Shown: positions 54,952 through 64,000 of the stretch, one piece after another
How positions within the stretch are numbered: the stretch's first letter is position 1
Layout of the letters: the number at the start of each line of letters is the position of its first letter
NCBI GenBank assembly: GCA_977020255.1
Contig: CDROCS010006560.1
Span: 1 to 64,000, forward strand
Direction of reading: 5' to 3'
Source of the DNA: Obrimoposthia wandeli
Lineage: Eukaryota
Length of the DNA stretch: 64,000 nucleotides
Position numbers and translations under genes: made by a program
Notes under the pieces: generated by a model
Database searches by the model: none
Seen by the model: only the letters and a program-made list of their open reading frames with translations
What the model was told of the DNA's origin: nothing

Positions 54952-55467
54952 ATGAAAAAGAACTGAAGCTTTTGTATAGAAAAAACAAGATAATAGAAAT
55001 GAAAAAAGTTCAGACAATAATTTCGGGGCTAGCAGCCAAGCTTACAGTATTTAAGGTATTTCATTGCCTTACAATGACGTTTTTTGTGTATATTTTTATA
55101 AGCGCTGTACTTAAGACCTTCTTGCAAGGCACTTATAGCATACAAGATACTAGCATGCGTGCGCTTGTCGTCTGGCTTGTCCTCGGGCTTGTCCTCGTGC
55201 TTGGCTTCCTGCTTTGCGCCTCGGCACTTGTTGCTGCTATCGTACTCTGCGTCAACTCAAGGCGCTAGGTTTTATCCAGTGGTAGTACGTATATTAAAAG
55301 GCATATGTAAAATGATCTGTATGTTTTTTATCCCTTTAGCGCTTCTAGCCTGCGCTGTCGCGTTGTACGATCTTGTTAGGTATGGCATATTCGGATTTAT
55401 TGCAGTACCGTTGTGGCTTGCATTGTCATGGTATTGGTGTAATAGGTGTAATAATTTTGATGAATAA
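54952..55467 (+). CDS. Multi-TM partner (immunity-like), copy 2 (one frameshift near 55250)
   Basis: ORFs 54927..55268 and 55159..55467 together equal the copy 3 protein. Confidence 0.6.
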
Positions 55468-56335
55468 GGATTGATTGGTCGGTAGCAACTTTTTTGTGAT
55501 GCTAGTCTGCTGACACGCATACGATCCACATAAAAAATCAATTTAATTTCAAGCCTTGTTCGATGTACTTGTAGGTAATTCACAAATCTCTTTTGTAGCA
55601 ATTTCGGATCATGAACAGCAACACTATAGTCGATCGTCCTACAGCAAAGGATTTTTCTGAACAGTTAGTGTTGACGCTCTCCGATCTGAAGCATCAATAG
55701 TGCAACATAGGTGGGGGTATGGTTAACATATGGCTGTCTGCCATATGGTTATACTACTGATTTCACCATATTTCAGGCCGGAGATGGCTTTAAGTCATTC
55801 ACATGATAGACTCTCAAATTGTATGTGGGCAGCATATTTGTAATTCGTCCCTTGAGTCCGTTACAGGGCTTTATTGAGGCGTTTAGCGCCTCTGTAAATT
55901 TCTAGTTACATGACGTTTGTATAGCGTTAATTAGCTTGAGATATACTTACTGATGATTGGAGAGTCCAGCTAGAAAGATTATTTTTTCCTGATAGTTTAT
56001 GGATTCTCCGTCCTTCAGGTCGAATTATAATATATCACGTTGCATAAATGCTTCAAAATAGTTGACACGGCAGCTGCACCGCAGGTTACATCATACCTTT
56101 GCTGCTCAACGTGAAGGAACTGCATATCCATCCAAGAGACAATTGAATCTATTGATATGTAACATCATATAAATAAATTACGGGAAAATCGCTTGACTTA
56201 CCAATCTCCCAGCATTAATATAGTTATTAGTGAAACTATGTACCAAATTGGGTTTAAATTTTGGGTTTAAGTTGATTTTTTAATTAATTATAACTATCTT
56301 AAGGTATATAGCTTGAGCTAAAAGGAGTAATACTT

Positions 56336-56806
56336 ATGAGAAAATTAAACAAATTATTAATGGGTTTAATGTTGTGTACGTTTGCAGTGTCTTCACTATC
56401 GTTTGTCAATGCAGAAACAACAAAGGAACAACTCACCCCTCATAACGTGGACGCGTTCTTGGCGAGTTCTTTATGTCATGAACGATGAGGAGCTTAGCGA
56501 ATTTTGAAGGCGAGGGCACAAAGACAGAGATTATAGTGGGAGCACTCGCAACAGCCGCAAAGGATTCCGACTGTTATGATCGCTGGTGCCGTTGATCGAG
56601 GCTGTAATGCCGCTAGTGAGGCTTGCGGATCATACAGAAGATCAAGAGAGGCTGGCAACAGTGTGTGGAAATCTACTGTTGAAGCTACGAAAGGCGTTGG
56701 ACGTGGTCTCGCGAGTCCTGGCCCTGGGGAGAGACTGCTGGAGAGACTGGGGGAGAAACTGAATAAAGTGATGGAAGAAGACACTACGAACCACGCGAAG
56801 AGCTAA
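56336..56806 (+). CDS. Secreted precursor, copy 3 (several indels)
   Basis: ATG at 56336 after AAAGGAG; paralog of copy 2. Confidence 0.6.
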
Positions 56807-56846
56807 AAAGCCAAGGTGCTAGCTACAAGTTTATTGCTTAGTTATA

Positions 56847-57368
56847 ATGAAAAAAGAACTAGAGCTTTTGTATAGAAAAAACAAGATAATAGAAATGAAA
56901 AAAGTTCAGACAATAATTTCGGGGCTAGCACCCAAGCTTACAGTATTTAAGGTACTTTATTGCCTTGCAATGACGTTTTCTACGTCTATTTTTATAAGCG
57001 CTGTACTTAAGACCTTCTTGCAAGGCACTTATATCATACAAGATACTAGCATGCGTGAGCTTGGCGTCTGGCTTGTCCTCGGGCTTGTCCTCGTGCTTGG
57101 CCTCCGGCTTTGCGCCTCGGCACTTGTTGCTGTTACTATCGTACTCGTAAATCAACTCAAGGCCTTTAGGTTTTATCCAGTGGTAGTACGTATATTAAAA
57201 GGCATATGTAAAATGATCTGTATGTTTTTTATCCCTTTAGCGCTTCTAGCCTGCGCTGCCTCGTTGTACGATCTTGTTAGGTATGGCATATTCGGATTTA
57301 TTGCAGCACCTTTGTGGCTTGTATTGTCTTGGTATTGGTGTAATAGGTGTAATAATTTTGATGAATAA
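56847..57368 (+). CDS. Multi-TM partner (immunity-like), copy 3 (intact, 173 aa)
   Basis: Basic N-terminus and about 4 hydrophobic segments; starts 40 bp after the precursor stop. Confidence 0.7.
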   Translation: MKKELELLYRKNKIIEMKKVQTIISGLAPKLTVFKVLYCLAMTFSTSIFISAVLKTFLQGTYIIQDTSMRELGVWLVLGLVLVLGLRLCASALVAVTIVLVNQLKAFRFYPVVVRILKGICKMICMFFIPLALLACAASLYDLVRYGIFGFIAAPLWLVLSWYWCNRCNNFDE

Positions 57369-58246
57369 GGATTGATTGGTCGGTAGCAACTTTTTTGTGA
57401 TGCTAGTCTGCTGACACGCATACGATCCACATAAAATCAATTTAACGAATTTCAAGCCTTGTTCGATGTCCTTGTAGGTAATTCACAAATCTCTTTTGTA
57501 GCAATTTCGGATCATGAACAGCAACACTATAGTCGATCGTCCTACAGCAAAGGATTTTTCTGAACAGTTAGTGTTGACGCTCTCCGATCTGAAGCATCAA
57601 TAGTGCAACATAGGTGGGGGTATGGTTAACATATGGCTGTCTGCCATATGGTTATACTACTGATTTCACCATATTTCAGGCCGGAGATGGCTTTAAGTCA
57701 TTCACATGATAGACTTACCTTAAATTGTATGTGGGCAGCATATTTGTAAATCGACCTTGAATCCGTTACAGGACTTCCTTGAGTCGTCTCGCGCCTCTGT
57801 AAATTTCTAGTTACATGACGTTTTATAGCGTTAGTTTAGCTTGAGATATACCTACTGATGATTCGAGAGTCAAAGCTAGAAAGGTTATTTTTTCCTGATA
57901 GTTTTATGGATTCTCCGTCCTTCAGGTCGGAGAGGATGTCAACTGAGCTGGAGCTAGTGAACATTTTGGCTCATTGATCTACCATCCCCAAAAGCTAGCC
58001 ACAAACCCTGGAAGCCCTTTGGAGGCCCCTTGGAAGCCCTTGAATCAATGTTTATCAACGCTTATCGGTGTTTATATGGCTAAAATCCCCACGACAATCC
58101 CTACGAGTAATACTTAAAAACTTAATGTGACAATAAGGAATTAATCAAGGGACTAATCCGTATCTGTATGACTAACAGTGGGTGTGGGAAATATTATCGG
58201 ATACTAAATACAGGAAAGCAAATGCATGAAAGCAAATGCAGGAAAG

Positions 58247-58320
58247 CGCGCCCGGGAGGATTCGAACCCCCAACCTCTTGATCCGTAGTCAAACACTCTG
58301 TCCAGTTGAGCTACGGGCGC
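58247..58320 (-). tRNA. tRNA-Arg (ACG)
   Basis: Cloverleaf GCGCCCG..TTTGA-CTACGGA-TCAAG..GGGGG-TTCGAAT-CCTCC-CGGGCGC. Confidence 0.95.
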
Positions 58321-58339
58321 ATGCTTTATAAATGTGGGT

Positions 58340-59113
58340 TTATCGTTCTAAGTCCCACTTTGAAATCGCATTGCTTGAAAAACCAGAATCAACATTTATC
58401 ACCTCAGCCGTGATAGCTGATGACAAATTGGAAATTAAGAATGCTGTAACACCTGCCACTTCATTTTGGAGCGCTGGAGCCTGAATAGGTGTGCTGTCAT
58501 ATGTGTATTTGTAAACAGCACGACCAGTCGACACCCCTGCACCAGATATGGTTCTTAGCGGCCCAGGTGAGATAGCATTAACCCGTATCCCCTTAGCGCC
58601 ACAATCCATTGCTAAATACATCAAAGAGCTCTCAAGGGCTGCCTTAGCAACGCTCATGATGTTATATCCGTAAACAGACTTTTGGCTTCCAACATATGAC
58701 ATGGTGACATACGACCCTCCAGTGTTGGTGTATGGCAAGAACTCTTTAATCAACGCTGTGAAAGAAAAACATGACACGTTCATTGCCGCCATGAAGTCTT
58801 CATAAGATACATCGGTCAGGCTGTCATATTGCATATTTGCAAATGCAACAGAATGCACTATAAAGTCTATAGTGTCAAACCTTTTGAGTACATAGTCTCG
58901 AAACTGAGCTATACTGGCATCATCTGAAACATCGCATACGACTGCTGGTATGTCCAGCTTTTCACAGATTGTATCATTCTGTGCCGATGCGATAACGTCA
59001 GCCCCATGACTAATAAGCTCTTTAACGACGCTGTATGCAACTGACCTGTGGTTAATCGCACCCAGCACAATCCCCCTTTTCCCTTCAAGCATCTTATTTG
59101 ACATAATTCTCAA
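58340..59113 (-). CDS. fabI: Enoyl-ACP reductase
   Basis: G..NHRSVAY, HSVAFA, YNIMSVAKAALES and RVNAISPGPLRT motifs. Confidence 0.93.
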   Translation of the reverse strand: MRIMSNKMLEGKRGIVLGAINHRSVAYSVVKELISHGADVIASAQNDTICEKLDIPAVVCDVSDDASIAQFRDYVLKRFDTIDFIVHSVAFANMQYDSLTDVSYEDFMAAMNVSCFSFTALIKEFLPYTNTGGSYVTMSYVGSQKSVYGYNIMSVAKAALESSLMYLAMDCGAKGIRVNAISPGPLRTISGAGVSTGRAVYKYTYDSTPIQAPALQNEVAGVTAFLISNLSSAITAEVINVDSGFSSNAISKWDLER

Positions 59114-59134
59114 TACCTTACTCTATACCTTACT

Positions 59135-60343
59135 CTATACCTTACTAAACGCAAGTGTGCAATTTGTTCCACCAAACCCAAAAGAATTTGACATCACACA
59201 AGAAAGCGCCGCTTCTCGGCTTTGTTTGGTTACTATGGGAATAGGAGGCAATCCAGAATCGAGGTTAAAAATATTAATCGATGGTGAGATAAAATTGTTG
59301 TTCAACATAATCAGCGAAAATACCGCCTCAAGTGCCCCAGCAGCCCCCTGAGCATGACCGGTCATTGACTTAGTGCTGCTAATATAGGGTACATCGTGCT
59401 TGAAGAGTGAATATAATGCATTTGCCTCAGATATATCCCCAATTGGCGTTGATGTGCCATGCACATTTATGTAGTCCACTTGACGACCACACTCGTTAAG
59501 GGCCATTTGCATGCTCCTCATTGCGCCATCTTGACTCGGTGCAGTCATATTACCGCTCCCATCAGAGGCAGAGCCATATCCCACGAGCTCGGCAATAATA
59601 TTGGCACCACGTTGCTTGGCAGACTCGTATTCCTCCAAAGCAAGTATTCCGCTACCACCAGAAATAACAAAGCCGTCTCTATCCGCATCGAATGCCCGTG
59701 AGGCAACTGTAGGATTGTCGTTGTATTTACTTGACAGGGCACCCATGGCATCAAACAAAGCCGTAAGGGTCCAATGTACCTCCTCACCTCCACCGGCAAA
59801 GACTCTTTTTGTACGTCCCATCTTAATCATATCTGATGCTATTGCGATACAATGCGCAGACGTGGCACACGCAGACGAGATACAAAAACTTGAGCCCAGA
59901 ATCTTGAATGCGGTACTCAGGTTCGCGGCAATACCCGAGGACATGCATCGAGGCACCATAAACGGCCCAATGCGCTTGACACCTTCGCTCCTAGCAATGT
60001 CAATTGCCTTGACCTGATTCGATGTGGACGGACCCCCTGAGCCTACTACGACGGAGGAATCGCTTACCTCATCCTCGGTCAACCCTGCCATTGCAATGGC
60101 TTCGTTCATTGCAACATAGGCATATGCTGCACCTTCCCCCATAAATCTCATAACCCTGCGAGGTACAGACTCAAGCACGGTGGGGTCTATCAAACCTGCA
60201 ACATGACTTGCAAGCCCATTGTCTCGCTGTTCAGGGTTGAATCTTACCCCAGACACGCCTTTTACAAGGGACTCATGGACTTTTGCTACATTCGAACCTA
60301 TGCTGGATACAACACCATATCCGGTAACTACAACACGCAACAT
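59135..60343 (-). CDS. fabB: 3-oxoacyl-ACP synthase I
   Basis: RVVVTGYG, SSACATSAHCI, RAFDADRDGFV, HGTSTPIGD, KSMTGHAQGA and SNSFGFGGTN motifs. Confidence 0.96.
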   Translation of the reverse strand: MLRVVVTGYGVVSSIGSNVAKVHESLVKGVSGVRFNPEQRDNGLASHVAGLIDPTVLESVPRRVMRFMGEGAAYAYVAMNEAIAMAGLTEDEVSDSSVVVGSGGPSTSNQVKAIDIARSEGVKRIGPFMVPRCMSSGIAANLSTAFKILGSSFCISSACATSAHCIAIASDMIKMGRTKRVFAGGGEEVHWTLTALFDAMGALSSKYNDNPTVASRAFDADRDGFVISGGSGILALEEYESAKQRGANIIAELVGYGSASDGSGNMTAPSQDGAMRSMQMALNECGRQVDYINVHGTSTPIGDISEANALYSLFKHDVPYISSTKSMTGHAQGAAGALEAVFSLIMLNNNFISPSINIFNLDSGLPPIPIVTKQSREAALSCVMSNSFGFGGTNCTLAFSKV

Positions 60344-60396
60344 AATAAAAATAAATTAGGATAAAAAATCAATCAGGTGGTCAATCAAGTAATCAA

Positions 60397-60903
60397 TCAA
60401 GTAATGGGTGCTTTAATAACACACACCTTCATCTCAGAACACGTAGCTGCAACCTCGTTGTCAACTATTACTTCACCTGTTGCAACCGCAACAGTCATGG
60501 CCTTAAGGTTCACAATCTTGCGAATAGACACCTTATATTCAAGCAGTTTCGCTTCAGGGGTGACCTCTTTGGATAATTTAAAGCTCTCCAAACTTATTGC
60601 ACGCCCCCTACCTTCATAACCCAGATGGGAGAGATAGAAACCAACTGTCTGCCATAAACCATCAAGCATTAGGCATCCTGGCATAACTGGATCCAAGTGG
60701 AAGTGACAATCAAAAAACCATAAATCCTTATTAATGGCCATATTACCGTGTATATAACCGTTGTTAAAGGTGCCACCGTTCTCTATAGCTTCGACAATGT
60801 TATCAATCATTAACATGGGTGGGGTTGGCAATTTTGGTGAACCAGGCTTGTTCAACGTTCCCATTGCGCAACTCAAAAGCTGCTTTCTTGTGTATAACAC
60901 CAT
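60397..60903 (-). CDS. fabA: 3-hydroxydecanoyl-ACP dehydratase/isomerase
   Basis: LPTPPMLMIDNI, WFFDCHFHLDPVMPGCLMLDG and GRGRA motifs. Confidence 0.95.
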   Translation of the reverse strand: MVLYTRKQLLSCAMGTLNKPGSPKLPTPPMLMIDNIVEAIENGGTFNNGYIHGNMAINKDLWFFDCHFHLDPVMPGCLMLDGLWQTVGFYLSHLGYEGRGRAISLESFKLSKEVTPEAKLLEYKVSIRKIVNLKAMTVAVATGEVIVDNEVAATCSEMKVCVIKAPIT

Positions 60904-60961
60904 GGTATTTATTTTACTATATAAAGGGATGATTTATGCGCAAGGTTGGCTAAACAAAACA

Positions 60962-61013
60962 AGGGCCGCAATCAAGGGGTGTTGTCAAGGGCCGCAATCA
61001 AGGGGTGTTGTCA
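60962..61013. repeat. 26-bp direct tandem duplication at the gatB stop
   Basis: AGGGCCGCAATCAAGGGGTGTTGTCA x2. Confidence 0.9.
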
Positions 61014-62477
61014 GCGCTTTTCCTGGGCAATTGCCTTGAGAACCTCACCAACGTCTTTAGGGTTGGCTTTGCCACGCGTGGCCTTCATTGCCTGCCCTAC
61101 AAACCATGAGACAATCTTGGCTTCACCATTGAGGTACTTTGCAACCTCTTCCTCGCTCTTCTCCCAAACCTCCATCAATGAGGCGCGCAAAAGCTCTTTG
61201 GAGTCAGACGCAATCTCATTGTCTGCAAGGGCGCTCTTTAATCGCATTCCATATTACAGCTCTTTCTCTTTATCTTCTACAATCTTGACAATGATATTTT
61301 GGATGTAACATTTGTAATTTTCTCACTATAGAGCCACCATGCAATTTCCTTCAGGAGCTCACCGGGAATGTCGTTACCCATGCGCGCGCCGGCATATGTA
61401 TTAACAATAAAATTGGCCCAAAACACAATTGCTCCTGCATCACAAAAGTGCTGCAAGGCACCCTCAAAAGGCGCAGCCTCGCTCAAATGCACCGTAGCTG
61501 CAGTGGCCTAATCTAACCAAGCGTGACATACCTCCCCATAATCTCCCAAAGGCGGGGATTTCTTGCCTTATCTTGTCAATAGCCTCCTGCTTAACAGTAA
61601 CAATGGGCATGTCCATCTCAGGAAAGTAACAGTAATCTTCAACGGTCTCTTTGATTCGCATGAACTTTGTAGACTTGGTCTTGGCGTCAAATAGTCTGGT
61701 GTGCTTGACAATTGTGTCACCCCCCGCTATATGTTCAACCTGTCTCTTGAATTCATACTCCAGCGCCACTTTAATGAACCCAGGTGAGTTGATATTCTTA
61801 ATCTCCACTGGTATCTGAGGGTCGCTATCATCCCTAAAGACAGAGACATTCACGTCGCACCTAATTGAACCGTTCTCCATGCTTCCGTCACACACATCCA
61901 GTGCCATCAATATGGCTCGTACAAACCTAACATATTCCACCGCTTCATCGGATGAAGATATGTCTGGCATGCTCACAATCTCCATGAGCCCAACCCCGCT
62001 CCTGTTAAAGTCAATTGAGGAACCGCTGTTATCATGAATCAGTTTGGCCGCATCTTGCTCAAGGTGCATCTTAATCAATCCAACCCTCTTACCGCTTGTA
62101 AGCGTAACGTGGCCACCTAGAGCAATAGGGAAAAAATTCTGTGTAATTTGGTATCCTGACGGCAGGTCGGGATATTTATAGTGCTTCCTGTCAAAGCTAA
62201 TGTTCTGGTTAATTGTACAATTCAGGGCTAAGCCAGCCTTAATGCCCATGTAAACACACTGCGGATTTAGTACTGGGAGTGCGCCTGGCATGCCAATGTC
62301 CATAATGTCTACATTGGTATTCGGTAACGCGTTACAATTGGGTGCGAACGATAAAATTTTATTCGCAGACCTAATTTGGGAATGCATCTCAATGCCTACT
62401 TTCATATACCATGTTTCACCTAGGTGTAACATACTTTGGGTGCTTTGGGTGCCCGTGCCATGTGTGCCCTGGGTCAT
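61011..62477 (-). CDS. gatB: Glu/Asp-tRNA amidotransferase subunit B (frameshifts in the C-terminal third)
   Basis: VGIEMH, FDRKHY.YPDLPSGYQITQ, HLEQDA, DFNRSGVGLMEIVS, GSMENGSIRCDVNVS, YCYFPE and WFVGQAMKATRGKANP motifs. Confidence 0.95.
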
Positions 62478-63998
62478 GATTTTATTCCCTGACTACTGCG
62501 ATTTTCGTTTGTTAGTCCAAGTGCAACACTTGAATCTATTACCTTATCCAGTGCTGCTGCAATCTTATGTTTTACCTGATAGTCAGACTCAAGCGCTCCT
62601 TGGGCATGAAGTGCAAAATCAAACATTTTGTCATCACATTTTGGCTTTGCCATGACATGGAGAGACTGCGGAATATTGTCAACAATGCCAGAGGGTATGC
62701 TAATAGCCGGTGCGTACACATGCGCCGCCAATGTAAGGTAAAGGTCCAATGAGGAATACAGACTTTGATTCGTGACTCCGGAATTAACATCAAGCGGAAT
62801 ACCTCCACTGCTCACAACACTAGGATTAACCACAAAGTCAAACTCACTCCAGACCTTGTCAAAAAACTTCACCATTTCAAGCCTTATTGCCGAGGCTTTG
62901 TTATATACATGCCTCCCGTGCTCCGACATGAAGTATGCACCAATAGTGATTCTAGATTGAACAACGTCTCCAAGGCTTTGAGTCCTGTAATCCATCATAT
63001 TCTCAATATAATCATGTTTATCAAAGCACATCTCGTTCTTGTATCGCACATGGTCATATCTGGCAAGGTTGGATGCAGCCTCTGTAAAGGTGAGCACCTT
63101 GTACAAATGACTCATGATGCCAATGTATTTACATTCAATCTGCTGGATTTGGCAATACGGCTCTAAGGATGAAATCACACGACTCATGTTCTCTTGACAA
63201 ATCTCATCTTCCTCAATGCATCTAATCAATGCAATTTTAGGCCTGTAATCCAGTGCATTACATCCCTTATCTGGCCATACTAGCATCATGCATGGTAACA
63301 AAGTCACGAGGGTCGTGTCCAACAATCTTGCTGGCAACTGTGCGTGTACCCTGTACATCAAGCGCCATCACCCCAACCTGGTCATATGATGAAGCATATG
63401 ATATCACCCCAAAGCGTGAAATATAACCATAGCTTGGACGGTACCCAACAATGCCGTTAACAGATGCTGGAAGCCTAATAGAGCCACCCGTATCAGACCC
63501 TAACGCAGCAATACACATACCAGCCACAACAGCAACCGCAGACCCAGATGACGAACCCCCTGGTGAATATTTCACGTTTTTGAATTTTGAATTTGCAAAT
63601 GGTGTCGTGGTCGCGCCAAAGATACTACTGCTACCATCAAAGCCCATACAAAACTGGTCGCAGTTGGCTTTCCCAATAACGGTTACACCGCTATCAACCA
63701 AAGACCGCGCTACGGTTGCATCGTACTCAGGCACGAACTCTTTCAAGACAGTAGAAGCTGTGGTAGTGGGGCCAAAGCATATATTGTCTTTTAACACCAT
63801 GGGGAGGCCTGCTAGCGCGGTATTGGTATTGGTATTGGTATTGGTATTGGTGTCGGTAAATGTTCTAATAAGCGCATTAAAGGCTTGGTATTTCCTTGTG
63901 TTGGCAAAGCACTGACTAATGATGCCACGCTTATCTTGAGCCTTAATAAATTGGGACACTGTTATGTGCCTGGGGTTTTGCATGTCTGGGTTTTGCAT
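62474..63998 (-). CDS. gatA: Glu-tRNA amidotransferase subunit A (frameshift near 63330)
   Basis: KDNIC, GKANCDQFCMG, PGGSSSGSA, GSDTGGSIRLPA, RPSYG.ISRFG, SNLARYD and PAISIPSG motifs. Confidence 0.95.
63819..63851. repeat. 6-bp in-frame repeat (GGTATT x5; NT x5) inside gatA
   Basis: Direct reading. Confidence 0.88.
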
Positions 63999-64000
63999 AT

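Larger units (their letters stand above)
51997..57929 (+). repeat. Tandem array of 3 diverged units of about 1.9 kb (starts 51997, 53893, 55796) plus a partial 4th of about 230 bp (57699-57929)
   Basis: The anchor CATTCAC..GATA..GTATGTGGGCAGCATATTTGT recurs at about 1.9 kb periodicity, and each unit carries the same promoter and two ORFs. Confidence 0.95.
51290..57930. mobile_element. Horizontally acquired island (no integrase or transposase recognised) about 300 bp downstream of tRNA-Arg
   Basis: Abrupt compositional change: the backbone C>G bias is lost, long A/T runs appear and micro-duplications are absent. It contains the tandem array. Confidence 0.6.

Noticed and set aside
51997-57929. 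Tandem array as a pure assembly duplication
   Set aside because: Copies differ by coherent in-frame substitution blocks, not only random indels. Exact copy number still needs long-read support.
57930-58320. Classical tRNA-integrated element with an att duplication
   Set aside because: No copy of the tRNA-Arg 3' end was found at the left border (about 51290), and no integrase was seen.

Overview
64 kb from a small, gene-dense, fast-evolving alphaproteobacterial genome, probably a host-associated symbiont. Support: rpsT-dnaA-dnaN-recF-gyrB, tsaE-addB-addA, rpe/heparinase-like, ftsB-pdhABC-lipA, fabA-fabB-fabI, DUF299 and DUF1013 syntenies, and GatAB with a U1-A72 tRNA-Gln. Most genes are on the minus strand, and the plus strand looks C/A-rich throughout the backbone (one replichore, judged by eye). 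Many essential genes (proS, gyrB, dnaN, pdhA, gatA/B, rpe) carry scattered indels, most likely read or assembly error, so the coordinates of split genes are reconstructions. Four tRNAs are present (Gln, Phe, Asn, Arg), none encoding CCA. Highlights: (1) a compositionally foreign island at about 51.3-57.9 kb with 3.1 diverged tandem copies of a 1.9 kb cassette. Each copy has a promoter, a secreted precursor (Sec signal plus a bacteriocin-leader-like ELxxFEG motif and a variable core) and a roughly 4-TM partner, consistent with a toxin/immunity-like array. (2) An ORF-less, densely base-paired RNA candidate of about 860 nt with its own sigma70-like promoter, convergent with gyrB. (3) A T7-like podovirus head module (portal, scaffold, major capsid) directly behind housekeeping genes, a possible domesticated phage or GTA. 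(4) A Bacteroidetes-type thrABC operon whose ThrA has lost its ACT domains and has a degenerate aspartokinase domain. (5) recF inverted in place, a nuclease-less AddA, and pervasive short tandem micro-duplications. All homology calls come from motif recognition; no database search was run.
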